DNA of 64,000 nucleotides from a virus (Duplodnaviria > Caudoviricetes), in the IMG/VR virus record IMGVR_UViG_3300006153_000003; one strand, written 5' to 3'. Under the pieces are notes generated by a model. That model was given only the letters and a program-made list of their open reading frames with translations. It searched no databases and was not told where the DNA came from. This document shows, piece by piece, positions 1 through 8,470 of the stretch (its first letter is position 1; every line of letters starts with the position of its first letter). The position numbers were made by a program, and so were the translations under genes.

Positions 1-25
1 TAAAGCGTATAGAGGAGGAATATTA

Positions 26-685
26 ATGATTTCTACAAAAGATATGGCATTTTATTATCCTAATGGTGAAGAAATCAAAAAAGAAATATTTTTAGATTTC
101 TATAGTAAATGCTATTATATGAATAATAATGTTTTTGTCGAAGATGAGATTGAGAAATTATTAGATAAAGGTAAAAATAATTTGACAGAAGAGGATTTGT
201 TTAATATTTTAGCTTGGAAGATTGGGAAGATTAATCACAAAAAATCCAATCCAGATGATGGTATAATATATTATAAGGATTGGAACAAAGAACTTTTAGA
301 AGCTAAAATATATAAAGATTCATTGGACAAAGAGTTTTTTTCTTGCATTAAAAAAAGTTTATTAGAAATTAATGGTGAAGAATTGATCGATTATATAAAC
401 AAATTGAAAGATATAAATCATCTAGGACCAGTGTATATTGTCACATTGAGATATTTTTCAACAAAAGGGAAATATCCAATTTATGATAGATTTGCATATA
501 AAGCAATACAAGCCATTTTAAATAATCATATTCCTTTTGATTTAATTCCTGAAAAAAATACATTAAATAAAAACATTAATGATATATATAATGAATATTT
601 AAAAAAATTACAAAATATTTTTCCAGAGAATTTTAGCGAACGAAAAGTTGACCAAGCATTGTGGGTTTATGGACATTTATTTTAA
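26..685 (+). CDS. AT-rich cargo protein, possible OGG/HhH DNA-glycosylase-like fold
   Basis: 219-aa ORF with GGAGG RBS; LAWK, GPVYIVTL, PIYDRF and RKVDQALW motifs resemble OGG-fold proteins; function is inference. Confidence 0.5.
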   Translation: MISTKDMAFYYPNGEEIKKEIFLDFYSKCYYMNNNVFVEDEIEKLLDKGKNNLTEEDLFNILAWKIGKINHKKSNPDDGIIYYKDWNKELLEAKIYKDSLDKEFFSCIKKSLLEINGEELIDYINKLKDINHLGPVYIVTLRYFSTKGKYPIYDRFAYKAIQAILNNHIPFDLIPEKNTLNKNINDIYNEYLKKLQNIFPENFSERKVDQALWVYGHLF

Positions 686-703
686 ACACTTTGATTAATA
701 ATA

Positions 704-731
704 TTGTCACTCAACTAAGTATCTAATATCT
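704..731 (-). repeat. Putative recombination site C (direct repeat of 2888-2915)
   Basis: TTGTCACTCAACTAAGTATCTAATATCT, 25/28 identical to 2888-2915. Confidence 0.75.
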
Positions 732-763
732 ATATTATAATTTGATTTTTAATTCTTAAAGTA

Positions 764-798
764 ATAAAAGACATCAGTACCTATCTGGTGTCTTTTAT
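764..798. terminator. Bidirectional intrinsic terminator
   Basis: ATAAAAGACATCAG...CTGGTGTCTTTTAT hairpin between convergent genes. Confidence 0.7.
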
Positions 799-837
799 CA
801 ATTATATGTAATTATTGTAGTTGATTATTTTGTGCAT

Positions 838-1830
838 TTATGCACTCAAATATTTTTTATGATGATACTGTACACTTGCTTGGTCAACAGTACAGTAAAT
901 CATAGTAGTTTCGAGTTTTGCGTGTCCTAAGAAGCGAGAAACTTCTTGTAAGGGCATTCCTCTATTCAATGCGTTAGTTGCTGCTGTCCGACGAAAACGA
1001 TGTGGATGAGCGTCTTCAACACCAGCGCGTTTGCCAATGCGTCGAATAATATCTTCTGCACCAGCTTTTGTTAATCGTTTGTTTGGTTTCCTTAATCCTA
1101 CAAATAAAGCAGGGTTATCATCATCCCGGCTATCTAAATATTCTTTCATGTACATACATGATCTGTCGTTCAAGTAAACAATTCTTTCTTTTCCTCCTTT
1201 CCCATACACGAGTAAGTCTCTTGTCATGAAATTCAAATCTTTTCTATCAAGACTTAAAAATTCACTTACTCGAACTGCTGTACTATACAAGAATTCTAAC
1301 ATTGCCTTATCTCTGAGATTAGTGCAGTTTCGAGATAGTAATTCCCTTTCTTCGTCTGTGTAAGGTTTCTTTAGAATCTGTTCCACCTTGATATCTGATA
1401 CGAGAACCATAGGATTTTTACGGATTCGATCACGGTCACGTAACCAGGTGAAAAAGCTATTAAAGACTGCTCGTACATTTCTTAAGGTTACATTTGCGAC
1501 TTTCCGTGTTGCTTTGTAGGTTCTCATGTATCTGGATATATCACCATCTGTTATCATATCTACAGGTTTGTTGATGTATGATAACAGACGATGTAATTCA
1601 TACTGGTATCGTATTGTTGTTTCTCTGGATCTGCCTTCAAGCATCTTTGCAATAATGAAATCTTCCAAGTCATCCATCCAACTGTCGTCTATAACCATTA
1701 GTTCCGTATTTTTGACTAAATCACAATCAGCAAAAGAGATTTGCATGATTTCTTTTAATTCCCCTAATTGTTTTTCATCTAAAATGTCTTGTGCTTTTCT
1801 CAATACTTCCATAATTTTTTGTTCAACCAT
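838..1830 (-). CDS. Tyrosine recombinase (XerC/D-like), probable shufflon invertase
   Basis: SAM-like N-terminal domain; TAVRVSE (R), GKGGKER (K), HPHRFRRT (HxxR), LGH and TTMIY catalytic motifs. Confidence 0.92.
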   Translation of the reverse strand: MVEQKIMEVLRKAQDILDEKQLGELKEIMQISFADCDLVKNTELMVIDDSWMDDLEDFIIAKMLEGRSRETTIRYQYELHRLLSYINKPVDMITDGDISRYMRTYKATRKVANVTLRNVRAVFNSFFTWLRDRDRIRKNPMVLVSDIKVEQILKKPYTDEERELLSRNCTNLRDKAMLEFLYSTAVRVSEFLSLDRKDLNFMTRDLLVYGKGGKERIVYLNDRSCMYMKEYLDSRDDDNPALFVGLRKPNKRLTKAGAEDIIRRIGKRAGVEDAHPHRFRRTAATNALNRGMPLQEVSRFLGHAKLETTMIYCTVDQASVQYHHKKYLSA

Positions 1831-2020
1831 ATTTCACACACTCCTTTATACTCTTTTGGTTTCAATATGGTTCTTCTGTATTTATTGGAAAAACATACCA
1901 AAAATATGTTCGGTATAAAGGAGAGTGAGATAAGTATAGAAAATTTCTTGCTTTCCATCATGTAAAAATTTGTTTCGAAATGTTATATTGTAATCGCGCA
2001 GGTAGGAAAATCAATGGAAA

Positions 2021-2362
2021 TTGCTTACTCATCTAAATGGCAATTTTATAATGATATCGGGAACTGGTGGTAGTTTAGAAGCTATAGAGGGAGTAAGTGA
2101 AATATATTTTGATGATTATTGTAGATTTTGGCATAACAATTTTATAGGATGTGTAAGTGTTACTTTCACTAATTTTACAGAAATACCAGCTTGGCGTGGA
2201 TTTATACGATTACCCTTTAAAACATATCGAGAGTGTGTGACACATCTATACGATGCACCAGACATTCAAGTGTATGCAGGTACAGGAACTGCAGTGAATA
2301 CTATGTCACGCCCCATACCTGTGGGGAAACATCATTTTGACATGGTAGTTTCACTCATCTAA
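2021..2362 (+). CDS. Silent tail-fibre C-terminal cassette 1 (begins LNGN at 2033)
   Basis: No strong RBS; frame opens through site A; beta-rich ~110-aa domain. Confidence 0.6.
   Translation: MLTHLNGNFIMISGTGGSLEAIEGVSEIYFDDYCRFWHNNFIGCVSVTFTNFTEIPAWRGFIRLPFKTYRECVTHLYDAPDIQVYAGTGTAVNTMSRPIPVGKHHFDMVVSLI
2026..2043 (+). repeat. Putative recombination site A (inverted relative to sites B and C)
   Basis: TACTCATCTAAATGGCAA versus TACTTAGTTAAATGGCAA (reverse complement of 2888-2905), 15/18 identical. Confidence 0.7.
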
Positions 2363-2394
2363 CATAGCATTCCTGTAAATTGAATTTCGCGACT

Positions 2395-2898
2395 TTACAC
2401 TGGATACTTGTAAAATCGAACGCCTACGCTTTGTTCAACTGTAGAATATATTCTCCATTTGTCACTTTCCCAAAAAATATGTTCTAGGCATTCATTAGTC
2501 TTATTATGATCGAAAACAACAGGTATGTAATTAAATGCATTTGGTGCATTGAGGATTTCAACAGAATGATCCGCAACTGTATTGAAAAAAATGTCGACAT
2601 ATCCTAAATCAGAGGTTCGCACATAAAACTGCCAATCTCCCCAATTAGTACCATCATAGAATTTAGTAGCTAACGGTGTAGAACCGATTCCGGTTAAAAT
2701 CACTTTTATATTTGTCTGGAGTCTTTTTAAAATAATAGCGTTTCCATAAGCATAGCTAAAGTTTGGTAAATCTTCACCCTTATATCCGGCTCCACTTAGT
2801 ATATACATAAAAAGCCCTTGCGCTGCAATCTCTACTGCTTTATTCAAAACACTTGTTGATAAAACGGATTCGTTTGTGCTTCCTAACTTGCCATTTAA
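2395..2898 (-). CDS. Silent tail-fibre C-terminal cassette 2 (begins LNGK; pyocin-knob-like W-x-x-W segment)
   Basis: Frame extends upstream of 2847 to TAG|TTA AAT GGC AAG inside site B; FYDGTNWGDWQ segment. Confidence 0.65.
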   Translation of the reverse strand, partial: LNGKLGSTNESVLSTSVLNKAVEIAAQGLFMYILSGAGYKGEDLPNFSYAYGNAIILKRLQTNIKVILTGIGSTPLATKFYDGTNWGDWQFYVRTSDLGYVDIFFNTVADHSVEILNAPNAFNYIPVVFDHNKTNECLEHIFWESDKWRIYSTVEQSVGVRFYKYPV

Positions 2899-2915
2899 CT
2901 AAGTATCTAATATCT
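2888..2915 (-). repeat. Putative recombination site B
   Basis: TTGCCATTTAACTAAGTATCTAATATCT. Confidence 0.75.
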
Positions 2916-3065
2916 TTCTTCAATTTACACAATTTCACAGAAAATAGTACAAATGAAAGAGCAATTTCATCTGTATTATTTTCACTCATTTCAGAGTAAA
3001 ACAAGGTTTTCTAGCCTTGTTTTTTTTATACCCAAAATTCAAAAAAAGAAAGGAAGAAAAATTTT

Positions 3066-4073
3066 ATGGCACATTTATTTGTAATCGCAGGACACGGACA
3101 CGGAGATTCAGGAGCAGTTGGGAATGGTTTCACAGAAGCAGAACGAGTAAGAGCATTAGCAAGTAGAATTGGTGAACTTGGAGGTTCAAATGTAACACTC
3201 GGAGATATGAGTCGTGACTATTATGCTGACAATGGAATATCAAAGCTTAATATTCCGAAGGACTGGGCGATTATCGAACTCCATATGGACAGCGGAGCAA
3301 GTTCAGCAAAAGGTGGTCACGTAATTATTTGCAGTGGATTAAATGCAGATGCATACGATAATGCACTTGCAAACTTTATTGGTGGAATACTTCCGGGGAG
3401 AAGCAACAAAATCGTAGCAAGAAACAACTTAGCAAATCCAAGACGGGCAAAAGCAAGAGGATTTAATTACCGTCTGTTAGAATGCGGATTTATATCTAAT
3501 GCAAATGACGTAGCTATTTTCAATAATAGAATGGATGAAATCGCCCGGGGAATTCTTGCTGCATTTGGAATCGGAGCGTCTGGTAAAGTAAATACGCCTG
3601 CACCGACTCCAGTGCCGACTCCGACACCTAAACCAACCAACAATACAAATGCTGGTGGCACGCAGGCAATGAAAAATGCTCAGGTACATATCAATAATTT
3701 CTGTGGGGCAGGTCTCGTTGCAGATGGAATTATTGGTCCCAAAACAAGAAAAGGACTTATTAAAGCTCTTCAGGTGGCTTTAAACAAGGACTATAATGCC
3801 AAACTTGTAGAAGATGGTATTTGGGGTCCTAAGACAAAAGCTGCATTAGGAAATCACTGTGTAGGCCGTGGAGATACTCAATATCTTGTGACTTTTGCAA
3901 AAATTGGACTTACTGCACTGAGCTACTTTGGGAATGCGGTAGAATCTCCTGGAAAGTTTGGATCTGATTTTGAAAAATCTGTTTATAATTTCCAGGTTGC
4001 AACTGGTTTAACGAAAGACAAAATTGTAGGGAAAAATACAATTAATATGATTCTAACAAAACTTGGATGTTAG
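3066..4073 (+). CDS. Endolysin: N-acetylmuramoyl-L-alanine amidase (Amidase_3) with PT linker and peptidoglycan-binding domains
   Basis: IAGHG..DSGAVG, E, ELHMD and LLECGFISN motifs; DGIIGPKT and DGIWGPKT repeats. Confidence 0.92.
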   Translation: MAHLFVIAGHGHGDSGAVGNGFTEAERVRALASRIGELGGSNVTLGDMSRDYYADNGISKLNIPKDWAIIELHMDSGASSAKGGHVIICSGLNADAYDNALANFIGGILPGRSNKIVARNNLANPRRAKARGFNYRLLECGFISNANDVAIFNNRMDEIARGILAAFGIGASGKVNTPAPTPVPTPTPKPTNNTNAGGTQAMKNAQVHINNFCGAGLVADGIIGPKTRKGLIKALQVALNKDYNAKLVEDGIWGPKTKAALGNHCVGRGDTQYLVTFAKIGLTALSYFGNAVESPGKFGSDFEKSVYNFQVATGLTKDKIVGKNTINMILTKLGC

Positions 4074-4096
4074 TACATCTGCTATTTGATATGATT

Positions 4097-4136
4097 ATAG
4101 GGTAGTTGAGATTAATTCTCTTCTACCCTATTTTTT
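4097..4136 (+). terminator. Intrinsic terminator after endolysin
   Basis: ATAGGGTAG...CTACCCTAT followed by a T-run. Confidence 0.75.
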
Positions 4137-4392
4137 ACGATTTGTTATATTCTTTGATTTTCCTTAAAATTCCCCTATATATCTTATCTTTTAATAAATG
4201 GATATACTCACGAGATATGGGGTATTCAGACATAAACTCCGGATTATCGTGGAAAAATTTCTTTTGTTCTTCATCTGGGAGATAGATTGTATATTCCTCA
4301 TAGAAATCAAGGTCACTTCCGAACGCATAACTAAACAACCTCCGTATTTGTTCAGGGGTCATACTAATAGCATTTAGTTGGTTGTGCATCAT
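4135..4392 (-). CDS. Hypothetical protein
   Basis: 85-aa ORF with GAGG RBS, divergent from the HTH gene. Confidence 0.6.
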   Translation of the reverse strand: MMHNQLNAISMTPEQIRRLFSYAFGSDLDFYEEYTIYLPDEEQKKFFHDNPEFMSEYPISREYIHLLKDKIYRGILRKIKEYNKS

Positions 4393-4432
4393 ATCATTAT
4401 CCTCATTTCCCTACATTTGTCCACATATAAAT

Positions 4433-4454
4433 TATAGTCTCGATTAAGACTATA
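4433..4454. promoter_or_regulatory. Palindromic operator between divergent genes
   Basis: TATAGTCT-N6-AGACTATA upstream of the HTH gene. Confidence 0.5.
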
Positions 4455-4503
4455 GTCAATAAAAAGACTTCATATTATTCTAAATTACAGGGAGGCGGAC
4501 GCG

Positions 4504-4722
4504 ATGATAGAATATAGTCCATCCTGGAAAACACTTAAAGGCTCAACTGAATCAACATATACACTGGTTACCAAGCACCATATATCTAGTTCTACTCTTG
4601 ATAAACTTCGTAAGAACAAACCCTTGAATACTACTACTATTAATGACTTGTGCAGGATTTTAAATTGTCAGATCCAGGATATCTGCCAATATATGCCATC
4701 CGATGACGATCAGAAGTTATAA
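4504..4722 (+). CDS. Cro/C1-type (HTH_26) transcriptional regulator
   Basis: ISSSTLDKLRKNK...TINDLCRILNCQIQDI; GGGAGG RBS. Confidence 0.85.
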   Translation: MIEYSPSWKTLKGSTESTYTLVTKHHISSSTLDKLRKNKPLNTTTINDLCRILNCQIQDICQYMPSDDDQKL

Positions 4723-4884
4723 ATGAGAAAATTATAGTAGAATTTGTTCTCGTTCCGAGATAATAAATAATCAATAATAATACAACACATTAAAAAATAT
4801 TATAAGAGTTTTTAGGCCACTTACAATTAAATAATTATTTTCAGTATTTATAGCTATGTGATAGTTGGGTTGATTTTGATTTTG

Positions 4885-4917
4885 TTTTCTAACAGTTGTC
4901 TAACACTTTTCTAACAC
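4885..4917 (+). repeat. attP left arm: three 11-bp direct repeats
   Basis: TTTTCTAACAG / TTGTCTAACAC / TTTTCTAACAC. Confidence 0.8.
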
Positions 4918-5105
4918 TTGTGCAGAAAAAATGCAAAATTTTTGTAAACCATTGTGAATTTGCACAAACCATAAGATTAGCGCATTCTAAACATTTTTGT
5001 TGCATTTTCCTTGTATTCTCAAGGGTTTACCAATTTAATTTAGTTGTAATATATAGTGTAAATCATTATAAAATTTTGTACAATTTGCTAAAAATAACAC
5101 CTCAA

Positions 5106-5153
5106 ACTTCACTCGTAATGAAGGGGTCGTCGGTTCAAGTCCGATTTCCAGCT
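5106..5153 (+). tRNA. 3' half of tRNA-Thr(CGT), attP core (not a complete tRNA)
   Basis: Anticodon arm CTTCA-CTCGTAA-TGAAG, T arm GTCGG-TTCAAGT-CCGAT, 3' acceptor strand TTCCAGC; 5' acceptor strand and D arm absent. Confidence 0.85.
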
Positions 5154-5165
5154 TTCAATGAGAGA

Positions 5166-5204
5166 GGTCATAATCCTTTAGATGCGGAGGATTATGGCTT
5201 TTTT
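5166..5204 (+). terminator. Terminator downstream of the tRNA fragment
   Basis: GGTCATAATCCT...AGGATTATGGCT followed by a T-run. Confidence 0.7.
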
Positions 5205-5235
5205 ATTACTCCGTTGTGAAGTGCTCAATACCTTT

Positions 5236-5268
5236 TTTTCTAACACTTTTCTAACACTTTTCTAACAC
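5236..5268 (+). repeat. attP right arm: three perfect 11-bp direct repeats
   Basis: (TTTTCTAACAC)x3. Confidence 0.85.
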
Positions 5269-5296
5269 CTGTGTAAGCAAGTGAATTGTTAGGATA

Positions 5297-6526
5297 TCAT
5301 ATAATTACTTGTTTTGATAGTGTATCAACCATATTTTTCTTAGAATTTTGATTAACATGAACATATATTCTTGCCGTAGTATCATAATTTGCATGACCTA
5401 GCCACTCTTGGATTTCTTTCATCTGATACCCTAAGTTTAACAACAAAGAAGCACAACTATGTCTCAACCCATGAAATGTTATGGGTGGAAGTTCATTTTT
5501 TTTAATCACTTTTGAAAAAGTATGAGTAATATAAGTCGGTGTAATCAAATTACCATTTTCGTGAACAAATAAATATTCTAAATTATCAGTGTTATACGCA
5601 TTCCCGTAAATTTTCATATAATACTTTTTATCTTCAATTATCTTTTTCAAATATTCTTCTAATTCTGAAAATAACGGGAAACTTCTTATTGAAGATTCGT
5701 TTTTCAATTGATTTTTCTTTAAGTGCACAGTTCTATATTTGTTTTCAGTATCGTCTAACATAAACCCGGTCACTACGCTATGTTGTATATAAAGAATATG
5801 ATTAATAAAATCAACATCGCTTATTTTAATTCCAACCACTTCTTCTCTTCTTAACCCATAATAACTTGCTAATAACACAGGTATTAAAATTTTACTATCT
5901 TCAGATTTCAGAATATTAATTAATTCTTGAATTTGATCTATATTATACCACTGTGCTTTTTTTGTATCACATTTAGGCTTGACAACATTATCAATAGCTT
6001 CTTTCCTGATGTATCCTTCTTTTATAGCTTTTGATATTATCGACATTAAAGTTGCATAGTGTCGTTGCAGTGACGTTCCTGATAATTTTTTTCTTCCATC
6101 ATATCCATTCTTTTTTTCATCAAAATATCGATTAATGTCATTAGAATTTAGATTACAAATTTTTATCTTTTGTTTATAAAAATATGGATACAGATGCACT
6201 CGAACTGTTAATTCATCTGAGGCAAAAGTTATATCATCAACTCTACTCTTTTGAGTCTCAAGCCATTGCTTCATATAATCACAAAACAATAAAGACTCTT
6301 TATTATTCAAAAATTCTATATTTGTATGTTTAGAAGAATTGTATTTAGTCAATTCTTCTTCCAACATTATCTCGGCCTTCTTTTTATTTCCCCTTATATC
6401 TAATTTTGTATTTATCCATTTAAGTTTTCTTTTGTTTTCCTTATCATATAAATTTAAGACGATATACCATTTCCCATTTTTCTTTTGAACACTTCCTGTA
6501 ATCTCTTTTTTATTTTGGGTTTTCAC
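5297..6526 (-). CDS. int: Phage integrase (tyrosine recombinase with N-terminal arm-binding domain)
   Basis: YGLRREE, FHGLRHS, WLGH, TTARIY motifs; adjacent to attP. Confidence 0.95.
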   Translation of the reverse strand: MKTQNKKEITGSVQKKNGKWYIVLNLYDKENKRKLKWINTKLDIRGNKKKAEIMLEEELTKYNSSKHTNIEFLNNKESLLFCDYMKQWLETQKSRVDDITFASDELTVRVHLYPYFYKQKIKICNLNSNDINRYFDEKKNGYDGRKKLSGTSLQRHYATLMSIISKAIKEGYIRKEAIDNVVKPKCDTKKAQWYNIDQIQELINILKSEDSKILIPVLLASYYGLRREEVVGIKISDVDFINHILYIQHSVVTGFMLDDTENKYRTVHLKKNQLKNESSIRSFPLFSELEEYLKKIIEDKKYYMKIYGNAYNTDNLEYLFVHENGNLITPTYITHTFSKVIKKNELPPITFHGLRHSCASLLLNLGYQMKEIQEWLGHANYDTTARIYVHVNQNSKKNMVDTLSKQVII

Positions 6527-6605
6527 TTATTTTAACCTCCTTAGTTAAAACCCAACTATCACTTAACATATTGTATTATATCATAGTTGGGTTTTAAAAA
6601 CTATG

Positions 6606-6773
6606 TCATTTAAGAAAATTGATTAAATTTTCTTTTGTTACTCTATATTCTCTTCCAATTTTTATACTTTTGATTTTATTTTGTTTAAATAGAGTTCTAA
6701 CCATTTGCTGGCTCACCACGAGAATATCAGCTACTTCCTTTGTTGTTAATAAATCTTTATATTCATCAAGCAT
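6606..6773 (-). CDS. xis: Excisionase-like HTH protein (55 aa, not in ORF track)
   Basis: Manual translation MLDEYKDLLTTKEVADIL...KIGREYRVTKENLINFLK; AAGGTG RBS; directly upstream of int. Confidence 0.8.
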   Translation of the reverse strand: MLDEYKDLLTTKEVADILVVSQQMVRTLFKQNKIKSIKIGREYRVTKENLINFLK

Positions 6774-6794
6774 ATAATCACCTTAATATTTTAA

Positions 6795-7307
6795 TTACCT
6801 TCCTGTACTTCCAAATCCGCCATTTCTCACACCACCCGCTTCATCATCATATGTAATGCCATATTCTACAAAAATCCCCTGGGCAATACCATCTCCTTTT
6901 TTAACTTGGATAACTTTTTCATCATTTGAATCATTACTGAGTTTTAAGAAGATGTGTCCTTCATTATCTGAGTAATAAAAATCACTATCTATTATCCCAA
7001 CCGTATTATCCAACTGGAGACGATATTTGAATCCCAACCCACTTCTTGGATAACATTTTAGTACCCATCCATCTTCTATCTTACATCTAATGCCTGTTGG
7101 GATTTTGATTGATTCTCCAGGACGCAAAATAAAACCTGTTGGTGTATAAAAATCATATCCTGCGGATCCTTTCGTTGCTCTTTCAGGCAACTTGATATTA
7201 TTGTACATTTCTGTAATTATGTGCTCAGGTTTGTTTCCTTGAGCATCCACCCAATCCTTCATAAAACGCCCCAAGCTAATCTTTTCAAATTTTGCGACTC
7301 TCTTCAT
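6795..7307 (-). CDS. dut: Trimeric dUTPase
   Basis: SAGYDF, PRSGLG, GIIDSD and RNGGFGSTG motifs. Confidence 0.95.
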   Translation of the reverse strand: MKRVAKFEKISLGRFMKDWVDAQGNKPEHIITEMYNNIKLPERATKGSAGYDFYTPTGFILRPGESIKIPTGIRCKIEDGWVLKCYPRSGLGFKYRLQLDNTVGIIDSDFYYSDNEGHIFLKLSNDSNDEKVIQVKKGDGIAQGIFVEYGITYDDEAGGVRNGGFGSTGR

Positions 7308-7310
7308 TTT

Positions 7311-7655
7311 TTACACCTCTCTATATTTATTGATAATTCCTGCCTTTTTCATAGCCCGGAATTCTTCATTCAAATTATCTCTAACTGTTTTCAATACATT
7401 ATTCTCATTTGAATTAGACCATTCACGGTCATAATATGCAGAATATAAATTCCCTGAACAAGAATCTACAATGTCATATCCAATATATCCATATGTCATA
7501 AAAGCTGCGAATTGAACTTCTATGACCGCCTTACCATTATATTTATACAAAGGAATCGTTCGTGTATAGACGATTTCTTTGCTTTTTCGTCTTTTGAATC
7601 CATAGTCTATGAGATTTCCAATATTGCAATTTTTATGTAACCTCACCTGATCCAT
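7311..7655 (-). CDS. Hypothetical phage protein
   Basis: 114-aa ORF with GGAG RBS, in operon. Confidence 0.65.
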   Translation of the reverse strand: MDQVRLHKNCNIGNLIDYGFKRRKSKEIVYTRTIPLYKYNGKAVIEVQFAAFMTYGYIGYDIVDSCSGNLYSAYYDREWSNSNENNVLKTVRDNLNEEFRAMKKAGIINKYREV

Positions 7656-7814
7656 ATCATCACTCTCCTTCGGATTTTATTTCCTTGTATTCACATGGTA
7701 TACATTGTCCAAAATAATACGACTTATCTTTAATGCTACAATATACTCTGATTTTTGATTTATCAGTATCATCAAGTATTGAGTGAATACATTTTTCGCA
7801 TTCACTCGTAATAA

Positions 7815-8462
7815 TCATTCGCATATCTTTTTACACTCTTTCTTAAGATAGTTTATATAATTTTCCCATTTGCCGATAGAGTGTATATAATTCTTTCCAG
7901 ATAAACCTTTCAACGCCATATCTGCCTTTATATCTTCCCAAGTATTTCTTTTCGTTACCAATGATTTCAAATAAGAATTTAACATATGTGTTAGAGTTAT
8001 TATCTGCTTTTGACCTATATCTCTAACTATATCTTTATAGGCCACTAAATCTTCATCCGGTATCTTGTATGCCTTATTTTTAGGTAAATTCTTTAAACTG
8101 AACGGACTGATATTAGACCCTCCTGTTTTTGGTCGCAGATATTTTTCTAGGTCTGACATGTACTTTGCTTTAAACTGGAATAGTATTTCTGAATCATTTT
8201 CTTCCTTATTATATATGATATCTTGTCCTAGTTCTTCTTCTATCGTCTTAATCAGATTTCGTCCTCTGATCTTTGAAGGAATATATGCCTCCAGAGTTGA
8301 TTTTCCATAATAGAAGATTCTTATATTGTTATAGCAATCTATGTAGCAGTCTATATCCTCATAGGTTCCATCAAGTTTTCTAGTAAATTGATTTATTGTC
8401 TTATCGTATTCACACTTAATACGATACTGCCCTTTATAATGAGATATCAAATAATTTGCCAT
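7815..8462 (-). CDS. Hypothetical phage protein, separated from its RBS by an IS
   Basis: 215-aa ORF; native GGAGGT now lies at about 10213-10218. Confidence 0.7.
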   Translation of the reverse strand: MANYLISHYKGQYRIKCEYDKTINQFTRKLDGTYEDIDCYIDCYNNIRIFYYGKSTLEAYIPSKIRGRNLIKTIEEELGQDIIYNKEENDSEILFQFKAKYMSDLEKYLRPKTGGSNISPFSLKNLPKNKAYKIPDEDLVAYKDIVRDIGQKQIITLTHMLNSYLKSLVTKRNTWEDIKADMALKGLSGKNYIHSIGKWENYINYLKKECKKICE

Positions 8463-8470
8463 ATTGAAAC

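Noticed and set aside
1899-1912. LexA box upstream of the shufflon recombinase (CGAACATATTTTTG on the minus strand)
   Set aside because: One mismatch in a conserved half-site within AT-rich DNA; too weak to call.
2021-2898. Diversity-generating retroelement acting on tail fibres
   Set aside because: No reverse transcriptase and no TR/VR pair with adenine-specific mismatches.
3594-3636. CCGACTCCA-type short repeats
   Set aside because: They encode the Pro-Thr linker of the endolysin.
5090-5160. Complete tRNA-Thr gene
   Set aside because: The 5' acceptor strand and D arm are absent; it is an att core.
4896-5219. 107-aa ORF across attP
   Set aside because: No RBS, and it runs through the arm repeats and tRNA fragment; likely spurious.
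4885-5268. CRISPR-like or VNTR repeats
   Set aside because: These are 11-bp tandem units without spacers flanking att, best explained as integrase arm sites. No CRISPR array or cas gene was seen in the window.
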